Shown: piece by piece, positions 28,991 to 38,654 of the stretch | How positions within the stretch are numbered: position 1 is the stretch's first letter | How the letters are laid out: each line of letters begins with the position of its first letter | From: Chlamydiota bacterium | Lineage (GTDB): Bacteria > Chlamydiota > Chlamydiia > Chlamydiales > RGXB01 | Direction of reading: 5' to 3' | DNA length: 64,000 nucleotides | NCBI GenBank assembly: GCA_947494155.1 | Contig: CANLTW010000001.1 | Coordinates: forward strand, 32,001-96,000 | Translations under genes and position numbers: made by a program | Notes under the pieces: model-generated | Databases searched by the model: none | Seen by the model: the letters and a program-made list of their open reading frames with translations, nothing else | Told to the model about the DNA's origin: nothing

Positions 28991-29928
28991 AATATTTTCC
29001 GCACTTCTTGATCCGCACCATAACCTTCAAATAAAATCTTGTAAACGATTTGGGCAATCGGGAGTTGAATCACGCTGTGGATAGCTTGAGCGGCAAATGC
29101 CCCTTCCACTACCATCCCTACACTCCCCCTTGCCTCTTCAGGAGCCATACCGTGAGCTATATTCAACCCACATTGAAAATTACGACTTTTTTCAGAGGTA
29201 CAGGTCAATATAAGATCGGCTAACCCAGAAAAATTTTCCAGGCAGGTTTCATCAATCCCTTTGTAGCGTAAAAGCTTTTTCATCTCCTGAAACCCTTTGG
29301 TAATCAGTGCGGCTCTGGCATTTTTCCCGTACCCCAGCCCCTCCACCAGCCCACATAAAATCGCATAGATATTTTTCATAGCACCGCTCAACATACATGC
29401 GACCGGCTCATCAGACTCTTCGGTGTGGAAAAAATCCTCATCAAAAACCTGAGATACCGCTCTTCTTAACCAGGTATCTTGAGAGGCGATAGTGGCACAT
29501 GTTGTCAATCGCGCTAAGACCTCATCTGCAAAAGTCGCTCCGCTTAAAACGGCCAAATTTTCTAGACCGATCTCTTTTGCGATTTCGTAAAGGGTGTGCC
29601 CCTTGTGATCAATCCCTTTCGACGTGATCAGGATTGGCACTTTACAGCCCAAGTCTTTAAGAGCCTGCATCACCGGTTTGAACCCTTGTGATGTCACCGA
29701 CTCGATCAAAAGATCCGCATTTTCGATCGCCTCCTTAAGATTCTCGTGCATTTCCAAAGGGTTTTTCATCGAAACGATCGGGAATCTGGGGTGTTTTTTA
29801 TGACTTTGAATCGAATTCACTACCTCTTTTTCGATAGAATACATCCGCACTTCTACATTTTTAAGAGCCTGTGATAAAGCAAATGCCCAGGCTCCGCTTC
29901 CTAAAATTGTCACTCGCTTCATTTTCAT
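28987..29928 (-). CDS. gpsA: NAD(P)H-dependent glycerol-3-phosphate dehydrogenase
   Basis: GSGAWA, SKGI, GAMKNIYAI, GLADLILTC, SRN, VVEG; ATGA overlap with the upstream gene. Confidence 0.95.
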   Translation of the reverse strand: MKMKRVTILGSGAWAFALSQALKNVEVRMYSIEKEVVNSIQSHKKHPRFPIVSMKNPLEMHENLKEAIENADLLIESVTSQGFKPVMQALKDLGCKVPILITSKGIDHKGHTLYEIAKEIGLENLAVLSGATFADEVLARLTTCATIASQDTWLRRAVSQVFDEDFFHTEESDEPVACMLSGAMKNIYAILCGLVEGLGYGKNARAALITKGFQEMKKLLRYKGIDETCLENFSGLADLILTCTSEKSRNFQCGLNIAHGMAPEEARGSVGMVVEGAFAAQAIHSVIQLPIAQIVYKILFEGYGADQEVRKIF

Positions 29929-30710
29929 TGTAGGATCCTCAAAGCCTCTTCTAAACTGTCCTCCCCAAAAGCCCTTTTGATCGGGCAAAAATGGGATTGG
30001 CGGTGCACTTCCACCACCTCATAACTTTTTGCTAAGGGGAAAAAGTCAAATACAAACTTCTCTTGTTTAGCAACTTTTTTCCCCTCGTGGATTTTTTCAA
30101 TCAGTTGGCTCTTTACCATGCTATCCATATGAGCGGCCCGTTTGAAAAAATCGATTGTTGCAGAAAAAATTCCGGTATAGGCAAGCCCTAACCCACTTTT
30201 TTCTTCAGTGTACTCTTTCACGCTCAACTTATCCCCAAGGATCACAGTCCCCACCGATTCGCTAGCCGATCTTTTTTTTACCCCAAGCACAATCAGCTCG
30301 GCACTCCCTTGCAGATAGGGGAAATCGGGTTGGCAGAGCGGATTATCCACTGGACAAACAACTACCCGTTCTACTTGATTGTTTAAAAAATTTTGGTAGG
30401 AAGAGCTCGCATAAAAGGCCCTGAAAAGATCCCCATTACCTATAGGGCTCTCCTTATCAAGCCCTTCAATAAGTGCCGACTTCTGGGAAAAAAAAGTGAT
30501 CTCTTTCCCCTCTAACTGTAAAGAAAGGACGTGCTCTTCAATCTTTTTGTGATTTTTTTTAGAGGTCATGATAGCTACATTTTTGGGACATTTTTCTAAA
30601 ATTCTCTTTAAAAGAGAGGAATTATGTATCTCGATAAGACCTTTAGGGATATCCATTTGAAGGCGGGTTGCGTCACCAGCAGCCAAAATCACCACACCAT
30701 ATTTTTTCAT
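29925..30710 (-). CDS. Eukaryote-type UDP-N-acetylglucosamine pyrophosphorylase (UAP1/AgX-like), short
   Basis: 'ILAAGDATRL..DIPKG', 'IMTS', 'SPIGNG', 'VDNPL', 'KQEKFVFDFF', 'FCPIK'; adjacency to gpsA as in other chlamydiae. Confidence 0.8.
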   Translation of the reverse strand: MKKYGVVILAAGDATRLQMDIPKGLIEIHNSSLLKRILEKCPKNVAIMTSKKNHKKIEEHVLSLQLEGKEITFFSQKSALIEGLDKESPIGNGDLFRAFYASSSYQNFLNNQVERVVVCPVDNPLCQPDFPYLQGSAELIVLGVKKRSASESVGTVILGDKLSVKEYTEEKSGLGLAYTGIFSATIDFFKRAAHMDSMVKSQLIEKIHEGKKVAKQEKFVFDFFPLAKSYEVVEVHRQSHFCPIKRAFGEDSLEEALRILQ

Positions 30711-30934
30711 GAAAAACTTTTTCTTAGGATTATTTCAAAAGTCTAGCAACTGCTCGGTTTTAAACAAAAAGGGTTTTTCATCAAAAATAAGAGCTCTATA
30801 GAAAACCCCTTTTTCAAGAACAGTTTCTAGGGACGTTTAGAGGGAGGATTTACCCGAAAATTCTCCTCTTTTCTCGCCAAACAACTCCAAAAAGGGGTAT
30901 ATTCTGAAAACTCAAGAGGAGCTAAAAAGCAAGT

Positions 30935-31828
30935 ATGCCCTTTTTAAGCCTTTTTATTTCTCTAATGATTACAGCAATTTGGGGATTAAACTTTGTTGTA
31001 ATCAAATACTGCCTTGTCGAGACAAAACCGCTGTCTTTATGTGTTTTGCGTTTTTTTCTCTCAAGTATCCCCTTTATTTTTTTTGTAAAAAGACCCAAAA
31101 CCCCGTTTTGGCTCCTTAGCCTCTACGGAATTGTCATGTTTGTCATCCAATTTGGACTCCTTTTTTTGGGTCTATATTTAGGGATGCCGGCGGGTCTTGC
31201 CTCCCTTTTATTGCAAATTCAGGTTTTCTTTAGCCTTTTTATCGGTATTTTTGTTTTTCAGGAAAAAATTCGGCTTTGGAATATTCTTGGTTGTTTGATC
31301 TCTTTTTTTGGAATTGGGATTGTCATAGCCCATCTGGACAGCTCGATTTCGATTAAAGGGCTTTTGCCGATCATCGGAACCGCCGCTTGTGCAAGCCTGG
31401 GGAACTTAATCACCAAAAAAATGGGAAATGTTAACAGCGTTTCTCTAGTTACCTGGGGCAGCTTTATCGCTTGGCCCCTGCTACTGGTACTATGCCTACT
31501 TATTGATGGTCCCGATACTCTTTTACACACTCTTTTTGATCTCGAGCTCGATTTTTGGATTGGGGTAGGATACATCACCTATCTCTCTACAATCGTAGCC
31601 TACGGAGCGTGGAGCTGGCTTGTTGCAAACAATCCGCTTAAAGCTGTTACCCCATTTACCCTTCTTACACCCATATTTGCCCTGATTGGGGGAACTTTGT
31701 TTTTGGAAGAGTCTTTGCCCCCTTGGAAATTGGTCGCTACACTCTTTGTATTGAGTGGTCTTGCCATCAATCTTTTTGGGAATCATTTTTTTAAATCCTC
31801 TGCTCCTGTAAGAGTAGAATTCGATTGA
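30935..31828 (+). CDS. EamA/DMT-family transporter (O-acetylserine/cysteine exporter-like)
   Basis: 'IWGLNFVVIK', 'GMPAGLASLLLQIQVFF', 'PFTLLTP', about 10 TM segments. Confidence 0.9.
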   Translation: MPFLSLFISLMITAIWGLNFVVIKYCLVETKPLSLCVLRFFLSSIPFIFFVKRPKTPFWLLSLYGIVMFVIQFGLLFLGLYLGMPAGLASLLLQIQVFFSLFIGIFVFQEKIRLWNILGCLISFFGIGIVIAHLDSSISIKGLLPIIGTAACASLGNLITKKMGNVNSVSLVTWGSFIAWPLLLVLCLLIDGPDTLLHTLFDLELDFWIGVGYITYLSTIVAYGAWSWLVANNPLKAVTPFTLLTPIFALIGGTLFLEESLPPWKLVATLFVLSGLAINLFGNHFFKSSAPVRVEFD

Positions 31829-31929
31829 CGCATTAACATAAAAAAGGAATATTTTATAACATAACTCACTAAAAGCATCCCTTTGGTGAAATCTTTGTAT
31901 CCTAAACTTTTTTTAAATTAGGAGGTCTC

Positions 31930-33270
31930 ATGGAAACCATTCTCCTTACCCTTTTTAGCGCTTTAGGTCTTTTTTTAATCCTATCGATCCGGCTCTACCA
32001 ACGCTGCCCCTCTAATAAAATTTTAGTTATTTATGGCCGAGTGGGTTTTGGAAAAACCATCCAGTGCCACCACGGCGGTGGCCGTATTGTTTGGCCGCTC
32101 ATTCAGGGATATGCTTTCTTGGATCTAACTCCTAAAACAATCCATATCTCGTTAAAAGGGGCGTTATCTCAACAAAATATCCGTGTGAACATCCCCAGCA
32201 CTTTTACAGTGGCTTTGGGAGTAAATCCCGAAATCATGCAAAACGCTGCTATTCGTCTATTAGACCTGGACGCACGCAGCATAGAGATGATGGCTACCGA
32301 AATCATCACCGGTCAACTCCGTTTAACGATAGCCTCTTTGCGTATTGAAGAGATCAACCAAGACCGGGAACGGTTTTTGGAAGCAATTAAAGATAATATC
32401 GAGGAGGAGCTCCATAAGATCGGATTAACTCTTCTTAATGTCAACATCACCGACATCACGGATGAATCGGAGTACATCGACAGCATCGGAAAAAAAGCCT
32501 CTTCCACAGCGGTCAACCAGGCAAAAGTCGATGTTGCGGAACAAGAAAAGCAGGGTGAGGTGGGTAAAGCTTCTCAAGAAAGAGATTGTAGAATTCTTGT
32601 CGCCAGTTACAACGCCGATGCCGTACGGGGAGAAAATGAGTCCGCTGCAGAGATCGCCGCAACAAACGCTATGCTTGCAGAAAAAGAGGCTGAGGCAAAA
32701 CGTAGAAGTCAGACCGCTCTAGAGCAAGCCGAAGCCGAGATCCAAAAAGCCAAGTCGCTTGCAAATACACATAGGCTTGAGGCTGAACAGATCGTTCCAC
32801 AAGAAATTCAGAAACGGAAAATTGAAATCGAGGCCCAAGCTGAGGCTCAAAGTAAGATTCTAGTCGCTAAAGGGGAAGCGGAGGCGATTCTCCTGATTAA
32901 AGAGGCGGAAGCCTTAGGAATCCAAAAGATTCTCGACGCAAAGGCCCGCGGGTACAAACAGCTTATAGATGCCTGTAATCAAGATGCCCAGAGCGCTTCT
33001 ACGATGTTATTGATGGAAAAACTCGAAACGATGGTTTCTTTGCAAACTGAGGCAATTAAAAACATCAAAATTGATAAAATCACCGTTTGGGACTCGGGAA
33101 ACCAGGGGGACAATCAAAAATCGACAACCTCTAACTTTTTAAGCCAATTTATGAAATCCCTCCCCCCTCTCCACGATGTTGCAGGGATGGCAGGGTTGAA
33201 AATGCCCGATTATCTGGGGACAGTGAAAACATCTCAAGAATCTTCAGAAAAAGAGTTTCAACTCCAATAA
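31930..33270 (+). CDS. Flotillin/SPFH-domain protein
   Basis: N-terminal TM, 'HGGGRIVWPLIQ', 'GQLRLTIASL.IEEINQDRE.F', AE/EA coiled-coil repeats, 'IDKITVWDSG'; GGAGG SD. Confidence 0.92.
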   Translation: METILLTLFSALGLFLILSIRLYQRCPSNKILVIYGRVGFGKTIQCHHGGGRIVWPLIQGYAFLDLTPKTIHISLKGALSQQNIRVNIPSTFTVALGVNPEIMQNAAIRLLDLDARSIEMMATEIITGQLRLTIASLRIEEINQDRERFLEAIKDNIEEELHKIGLTLLNVNITDITDESEYIDSIGKKASSTAVNQAKVDVAEQEKQGEVGKASQERDCRILVASYNADAVRGENESAAEIAATNAMLAEKEAEAKRRSQTALEQAEAEIQKAKSLANTHRLEAEQIVPQEIQKRKIEIEAQAEAQSKILVAKGEAEAILLIKEAEALGIQKILDAKARGYKQLIDACNQDAQSASTMLLMEKLETMVSLQTEAIKNIKIDKITVWDSGNQGDNQKSTTSNFLSQFMKSLPPLHDVAGMAGLKMPDYLGTVKTSQESSEKEFQLQ

Positions 33271-33277
33271 AAAAAGA

Positions 33278-33327
33278 CTTTAGTCGCTTTTTTTGTCCGT
33301 TTTTTTGGACAAAACCAGCGACTAAAG
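33278..33327. terminator. Long hairpin between convergent genes (probable bidirectional terminator)
   Basis: CTTTAGTCGCT..TTTTGTCC-loop-GGACAAAA..AGCGACTAAAG: 11-bp plus 8-bp stems. Confidence 0.7.
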
Positions 33328-33357
33328 CCCTATTTACTTACAAAAAGCATCTCTACT

Positions 33358-34497
33358 TTACCCCCTTTTCTCTTGGAAGCTGACCAATACAACTCCTGAG
33401 AACTCTTTGATCTCTCTCCCCATCGGCATCGCTTTAACAATCACGTGTTGCAAAGACGATTTGGGATCGCTTTCGATCGCCTCTTCAAAAAGCTCGATAG
33501 GGTAGCTCTCAAAGAAGGGTTTGGTGCCCATAACAAGCGTCTCTTTTCCTTGTAAGGGATAACAGGTAATTTTAGGTTTTGCGCTGATAGGCCATAAAGG
33601 TCTATCCAGACCACGGTAGCTATTAAACGACAAAAGACCCAAAGCCCTCGACTGGGAGACCCCCTCCTTTGTATTTGGCCACCTGTATTCACCAGAAAAA
33701 GGGAGATAACAACTCCCCCTTTGCTCGTGTAAAGCCTTCAGGGCTTTATCTAGGCGTTGGATATCTTTTTTTGACGAAAAATTTCTGATATTGCTGAGTG
33801 GAATTCCACCCCCTTTTGTCTGGTTACGAATCAAGTACGCCCTAGGGTTCCCGAGAGTCGCCGTATACAAAACCGCATTGGCATGATCTATAAGACATAC
33901 GATTCCACCCGCTCCCTGGTGTGCAAAGTTGCGGTTAGATAAAACGTTAGCCTCCAATTCATGAAATGTCCGCAATAGAACCTCCCTCGGGGAAAGCCCC
34001 TGAGCGACTAGAGCTCTGATAACCACTTGGCAGCGCGATTGTAGAAAATCGGCGACATCCCTACCGTTAATCCCCTCAAAAAGGGTGAAAGCGGTCATGG
34101 GATTTGCAGGGTCAATTCTCTGATCGATTTGCCTAAACTCTGTTTTATTGCACTCTTTGAAGACAAAACACTCCTTGCAAATAACGCCGTTTGTCCTTTT
34201 TGCAAGCTCTGAGCGCACTTTACGCTCGTATTCTGCCGGATCTATTCTTAACGTCCGCTTTTCGGTTAAAGCCTTGAAAAGATTTTTCATCAGCTTTTCG
34301 CCATCTTCTTGAATAATACGATCTCTGGAAAAAAGAGATCCCATACCCCTTCTTGAAGTGCAGCCCATCCCAAAAAATTCGGTGATGCTATCAAAAAATC
34401 CCTTTTCGCTCTCCTCAGGAATCTTCCTGGCGCTGCTGCAAAAATCGAAAAAGGAGCCCCCTACATTCTCTGTAGAGCCTCCGGTTTTTGTACTCAT
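33358..34497 (-). CDS. PP2C/PPM-fold protein with degenerate metal-binding motifs; candidate T3SS effector
   Basis: 'FTLFEGING..VADFL', 'GAGGIVCLI', 'LYTATLGNPRAYL', 'SRALG', 'ISAKPKIT', 'LVMGTKPFFE' follow PP2C motif order; GGAGG SD before ATG 34497. Confidence 0.7.
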   Translation of the reverse strand: MSTKTGGSTENVGGSFFDFCSSARKIPEESEKGFFDSITEFFGMGCTSRRGMGSLFSRDRIIQEDGEKLMKNLFKALTEKRTLRIDPAEYERKVRSELAKRTNGVICKECFVFKECNKTEFRQIDQRIDPANPMTAFTLFEGINGRDVADFLQSRCQVVIRALVAQGLSPREVLLRTFHELEANVLSNRNFAHQGAGGIVCLIDHANAVLYTATLGNPRAYLIRNQTKGGGIPLSNIRNFSSKKDIQRLDKALKALHEQRGSCYLPFSGEYRWPNTKEGVSQSRALGLLSFNSYRGLDRPLWPISAKPKITCYPLQGKETLVMGTKPFFESYPIELFEEAIESDPKSSLQHVIVKAMPMGREIKEFSGVVLVSFQEKRG

Positions 34498-34702
34498 AGT
34501 TAAACCTCCGCAACTATTTTTTCCAGTATAGTGGTTCAATCTATATAAGTAAAATTTTAATTTTGCATAAAGAGCTAGAAATGCTCTCTTAACATAGTGG
34601 TAGAATATTTTTTAATTTTTTTTCTGTAGACCCCCATTACCAGATGCAGCTTGCTCTTCGGAGGATTTTTCCCCTATAGTATTGATGGTAACTACTATTT
34701 TT

Positions 34703-35188
34703 ATGAAGAAAATCATTTTAGGTTTTGACCCGGGAACCGAAAAAACCGGTTGGGCGCTTTTAGCACAAGTGCAGGGGAAAATCCACCTGATTGAAGCGGG
34801 ATGCATCTCTTTAAGCGCAAAAGTTTCGCTACAAAAACGGCTTGGGGAACTGTTTCGGGAAGCCTCAAAGATTCTTGAGAAATTTTCCCCCGATCAAATC
34901 GCTATCGAATCGCAGTTTGTCGGTTTGAATCCGAAGTCGACGATGGCTATTTCTATGGCTAAAGGGGTAATTCTTGCCGCTGCGGACCAAAAAAATGTAG
35001 AAGCTTTCGAATATTCGCCCCAAGAGGCTAAAAGAGGGATCACAGGAAAAGGGAACGCCACAAAAGAGGAGGTGCAAAAAATGTGCAGGCTCTTATTTCA
35101 GCGCCCTTTTGAAACCCCGTTTGACACAACCGATGCGATTGCGTTAGCCTATTGCCATCTCAACCGATCAAAAATGGGGATCTTATGA
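34703..35188 (+). CDS. ruvC: Holliday junction resolvase RuvC
   Basis: 'ILGFDPG..KTGW', 'IAIESQF', 'EYSP..AK..ITGKGNATKEEV', 'DTTDAIALA'. Confidence 0.96.
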   Translation: MKKIILGFDPGTEKTGWALLAQVQGKIHLIEAGCISLSAKVSLQKRLGELFREASKILEKFSPDQIAIESQFVGLNPKSTMAISMAKGVILAAADQKNVEAFEYSPQEAKRGITGKGNATKEEVQKMCRLLFQRPFETPFDTTDAIALAYCHLNRSKMGIL

Positions 35189-35751
35189 TAGAGTGTATCG
35201 AGGGTAAATTGATCGATCTCAATGGGCAAAAAGCAACCCTTTTTGCGTACGGGGTAGGTTACGGCATTTGGATCCCGTTAACAACGTTCGACAAAATCTG
35301 TCATCGTTTGGGCGAAACCGTTTTATTGTATACCTCGCAGATCGTTCGTGAGGATTCCAATCGCCTTTTTGGTTTCCTGGAAAAAGAGGAGAAAAAACTT
35401 TTTGAAACTCTTCACCCCCATATTGGCCCCAAAACCACCCTATCCCTTTTAGGCCACCTTTCAAAAGAGGTCTTGAAACGGGCAATAGAGCTCAAAGAGG
35501 TGCAGACTCTCATCAAAGTTCCAGGAATCGGAAAAAAATCGGCGGAGAGAATTATTGTCGAGCTCAATGGTAAACTTGACCCCTACTCTCAAGAAAATTC
35601 TTTACTTGAAGATGGCGTGCAAGCTCTAGTGAACATTGGTTACTCGGCTGTTGAAGCAAGAAAAAAAATTCTCAAGGCGCAAGAGAGTGTCTTGGAAAAA
35701 ACCGACCTACAAGAGTTATTGAAAGTTGCTCTGCAGACAAAAACCTGCTAA
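35185..35751 (+). CDS. ruvA: Holliday junction branch migration protein RuvA
   Basis: 'GVGY', 'VREDSNRLFGF', 'IGPKT', 'VPGIGKKSAERIIVEL', 'ALVNIGY'. Confidence 0.96.
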   Translation: MIECIEGKLIDLNGQKATLFAYGVGYGIWIPLTTFDKICHRLGETVLLYTSQIVREDSNRLFGFLEKEEKKLFETLHPHIGPKTTLSLLGHLSKEVLKRAIELKEVQTLIKVPGIGKKSAERIIVELNGKLDPYSQENSLLEDGVQALVNIGYSAVEARKKILKAQESVLEKTDLQELLKVALQTKTC

Positions 35752-35763
35752 TATTATCGCCTT

Positions 35764-37110
35764 ATGAGCGAAAAAAAGACTATTGCAGCGATCGCTACTC
35801 CTCCTGGTGATGGCGGGGTGGGGATTATCCGCATTAGCGGTCCCGAGGCTGTTGGAATTGCCAATAAAATTGTACAAATCGACCTTTTACAAAAAGAGAG
35901 CCACAAGGTCTATTTTACCAAAGCTTTAACCCCTTCTAAGGAGATCCTTGACGAGGTACTAGTCTTCAAGATGTGCACACCCCGCTCCTTTACCGGCGAA
36001 GATGTAGTAGAAATCCAGTGCCACGGGGGGCAGCTTGTTTGTAAGAAAATTCTTCAATCGGCCCTGGATTCGGGTGCTAACCTAGCCCTTCCTGGAGAGT
36101 TCACTCTAAGGGCCTTCATGAACGGCAAAATCGACCTTGCTAAAGCCGAATCGATACAGATGCTGATCCACGCCAAAAATACAGCCGCCCTAAAGGCAGC
36201 AAAAAACCAGCTTGAGGGGCACTTATCCCAAAAAATTCTTTTCTTCCAAGAGGAGCTCTTCTCTTTGGCTGCAATTTTGGAAGCCTGGGTTGATTATCCT
36301 GAAGAGGGGCTTGAATTTTTGACAACTGAGGAATTTCTGGAAAAACTCCAGGGGATCATTTTTTCTCTAAAAAAGCTGGAAAACACCTTTTTTTGTGGCA
36401 GCAAGCTAAATACCTCCACTAAACTTTGTCTGATTGGGGCACCCAACGTAGGGAAATCCTCTCTTTTGAATGCGCTGATGGAAAAAGAGCGGGCTATTGT
36501 TACCCCGATAGCCGGGACAACGCGTGATCTTATCGAGGGGGAAATCCATCTTTTTGGTCACCATTTCACTCTGATCGACACCGCCGGAATTAGAGATACC
36601 GACGAGACGATTGAGAAAGAGGGGATCCGCCGCTCCCTTGAAGCGATAGATAAAAGTGATTTAGTCCTCTTCCTTCTCGACGGCTCGCGCCCCAGGACTG
36701 AGTCCGAAAGCGCACTTTTAAAAGAGATGGATGCGCAAAAGACGATAGTGGTCACCAATAAGGCCGATCTCCTCCCTCCACGAGTGAACCCTCAAGGAGT
36801 CCTGATATCTGCAAAACACCTCACCGGTTTAGATACTTTAAAAGAGCTCTTAGTCGAATGGTTGGAGACGCAAAACGGGCAGCTCTCAAAAGAAGAGGTC
36901 ATTTTAGTTCAAGAGCGACACTTCAAAGCGATCCAGCAAGCGATCGACTTTTTAAAAACTGTCGAAATGGGGCTTAAAGAGGGAATAGGTGGCGAACTTT
37001 TAGTCATGGATCTCAAATCGGCAATCCACTCTTTATCGCTCATCATCGGACGAAATGTTACAGAAGAGGTCCTTAACCAGATCTTCAGCCGCTTTTGCGT
37101 TGGGAAATAG
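35764..37110 (+). CDS. mnmE: tRNA modification GTPase MnmE
   Basis: TIAAIATPPG, SFTGED, GAPNVGKSS, GTTRD, DTAG, NKAD, FCVGK C-terminus. Confidence 0.98.
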   Translation: MSEKKTIAAIATPPGDGGVGIIRISGPEAVGIANKIVQIDLLQKESHKVYFTKALTPSKEILDEVLVFKMCTPRSFTGEDVVEIQCHGGQLVCKKILQSALDSGANLALPGEFTLRAFMNGKIDLAKAESIQMLIHAKNTAALKAAKNQLEGHLSQKILFFQEELFSLAAILEAWVDYPEEGLEFLTTEEFLEKLQGIIFSLKKLENTFFCGSKLNTSTKLCLIGAPNVGKSSLLNALMEKERAIVTPIAGTTRDLIEGEIHLFGHHFTLIDTAGIRDTDETIEKEGIRRSLEAIDKSDLVLFLLDGSRPRTESESALLKEMDAQKTIVVTNKADLLPPRVNPQGVLISAKHLTGLDTLKELLVEWLETQNGQLSKEEVILVQERHFKAIQQAIDFLKTVEMGLKEGIGGELLVMDLKSAIHSLSLIIGRNVTEEVLNQIFSRFCVGK

Positions 37111-37115
37111 CTCTC

Positions 37116-37754
37116 ATGAGAAAATCTGAAAAAGCCTCGCGTATTTTCGCTCTGCTTAACAACTACTACCCGAGTGTGGATATCCCGCTCAAACACCGAT
37201 GCCCCTATACCCTCTTAGTCGCAGTTTTGTTATCCCAACAGAGCACCGATAAAAAAGTTAATGAGATCACTCCTGAACTTTTTGAAAAGGCCGATTCGCC
37301 CGAAAAAATGGTTGATTTAGGAATAGAGGAAATCCAAAAAATCATTCGCCCTATAGGACTTGCTCCCCAAAAAGCGAAAAACCTCTATGCCTTATCAAAA
37401 ATGCTGTTGGAACATTTTCAGGGTAAAGTTCCCCCTAGACTCGAAGAGCTTATGCAACTCCCTGGAGTGGGGAGAAAAACGGCTCTTTGCGTTTTAGCTC
37501 AAGCCTTTCATCAGGATGCTTTTCCCATAGACACACATATCCTGCGACTCGCAAACCGTTGGGGACTCTCCAAATCCAAAAATCCTCTTCGGGTTGAAGA
37601 GGATTTAAAAAAACTTTTTTTGAAGAGCTCTTGGTCCAAGGTGCATCTTCAAATCATTTTTGCCGGAAGAGAATTTTGCAAAGCCTCCCCACATGACCCG
37701 CAAAAATGCCCTTTTTGCTCCAGCCTAATCTCAACCAAAAAGCCCCTAGATTGA
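37116..37754 (+). CDS. nth: Endonuclease III
   Basis: 'LLVAVLLSQQSTD..VN', HhH 'LPGVGRKTA', 'PIDTH', C-terminal Cys cluster. Confidence 0.95.
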   Translation: MRKSEKASRIFALLNNYYPSVDIPLKHRCPYTLLVAVLLSQQSTDKKVNEITPELFEKADSPEKMVDLGIEEIQKIIRPIGLAPQKAKNLYALSKMLLEHFQGKVPPRLEELMQLPGVGRKTALCVLAQAFHQDAFPIDTHILRLANRWGLSKSKNPLRVEEDLKKLFLKSSWSKVHLQIIFAGREFCKASPHDPQKCPFCSSLISTKKPLD

Positions 37755-38594
37755 GGCGATCGGCTGCCCCATTTTAATCAAAACCTCCCCTTCAGGAAAA
37801 TCGAGATCCTCCTCCACAACGACCCCCTCTTTTAAAAGAAGAACGCACATCGATCCGCCAAAAGAAAAATGCCCTAACTCGTCCCCCTTTTTCACCTCAT
37901 CCCCCTCTTTTACTTTGAGGTGAATTGTACCTACAAATGTCGCTCCGACTAATACCATCGCGTAGGTTTCAAATTCTAAAAGTACTCTTTTATTCTCGTG
38001 CAAAATCGATAAATTCTGTTTCAGCGCTATAGGAGAAACCGAAAACAGAGGACCGTTCATTTTTTTAACCGATAGAATTTTCCCATCCATGGGGGCATGT
38101 AATCTATGGTAATCTTGTGGAGCCAAACGGACCGTTAAAATTTTTCCATTCTCAAATTTTTTTGCGATATTTTTGTCCTTAACAAGCCTTTCTAGCGAAA
38201 AATTTTTCCCCTTTACATCAAACGTTTTCTCTTGAATCACCTTCACTCTGCCGTCCGCTGGGCTGATCAACTTTTTTTCATCAAGATAGATAGGGCGCGC
38301 GCAAGATTTAAGCCTCCTTTCAAAAAAGTCTGAGAAGGTCGGGAACTCGCTTGCAAGAAATTCGTCTCTTTTGACCTTGTATTTTTCTATAAAAGGGTCA
38401 ATAGATTTTTTGCTGTAAGCGCTTTTTTGAAATTGCGCATAGGCCCAGCCCAAAAACGGGACATGGGCTAACAAAAATCGGGCGATTTTGCTAATTAGAT
38501 TGTCTTTATATAGCCACACCAATGCATTTTTTGCGGGGGGCTCTTCTTCAAGTATCTGTTTGGATTCTCTGTCGAGTAGTTTAATCGATGTCAT
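37746..38594 (-). CDS. psd: Phosphatidylserine decarboxylase proenzyme
   Basis: 'SPADG', 'RLAPQDYHRLHAP', 'ENKR', 'VGATFVGTI', autocleavage 'FGGS'. Confidence 0.95.
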   Translation of the reverse strand: MTSIKLLDRESKQILEEEPPAKNALVWLYKDNLISKIARFLLAHVPFLGWAYAQFQKSAYSKKSIDPFIEKYKVKRDEFLASEFPTFSDFFERRLKSCARPIYLDEKKLISPADGRVKVIQEKTFDVKGKNFSLERLVKDKNIAKKFENGKILTVRLAPQDYHRLHAPMDGKILSVKKMNGPLFSVSPIALKQNLSILHENKRVLLEFETYAMVLVGATFVGTIHLKVKEGDEVKKGDELGHFSFGGSMCVLLLKEGVVVEEDLDFPEGEVLIKMGQPIASI

Positions 38595-38654
38595 AAAAAT
38601 TGATTATATCTTTCACATCGTTTATGCTCAAGGATCAAGAATTAGGGTTTTTTC

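Noticed and set aside
30766..30814. Imperfect inverted repeat AAAAAGGGTTTTTC / GAAAACCCCTTTTT between divergent genes
   Set aside because: Low-complexity homopolymer arms with a long loop; could arise by chance
37670..37730. Nth Fe-S motif with three Cys plus His instead of four Cys
   Set aside because: I recall similar variants in other chlamydial Nth proteins; not enough to call novel without an alignment
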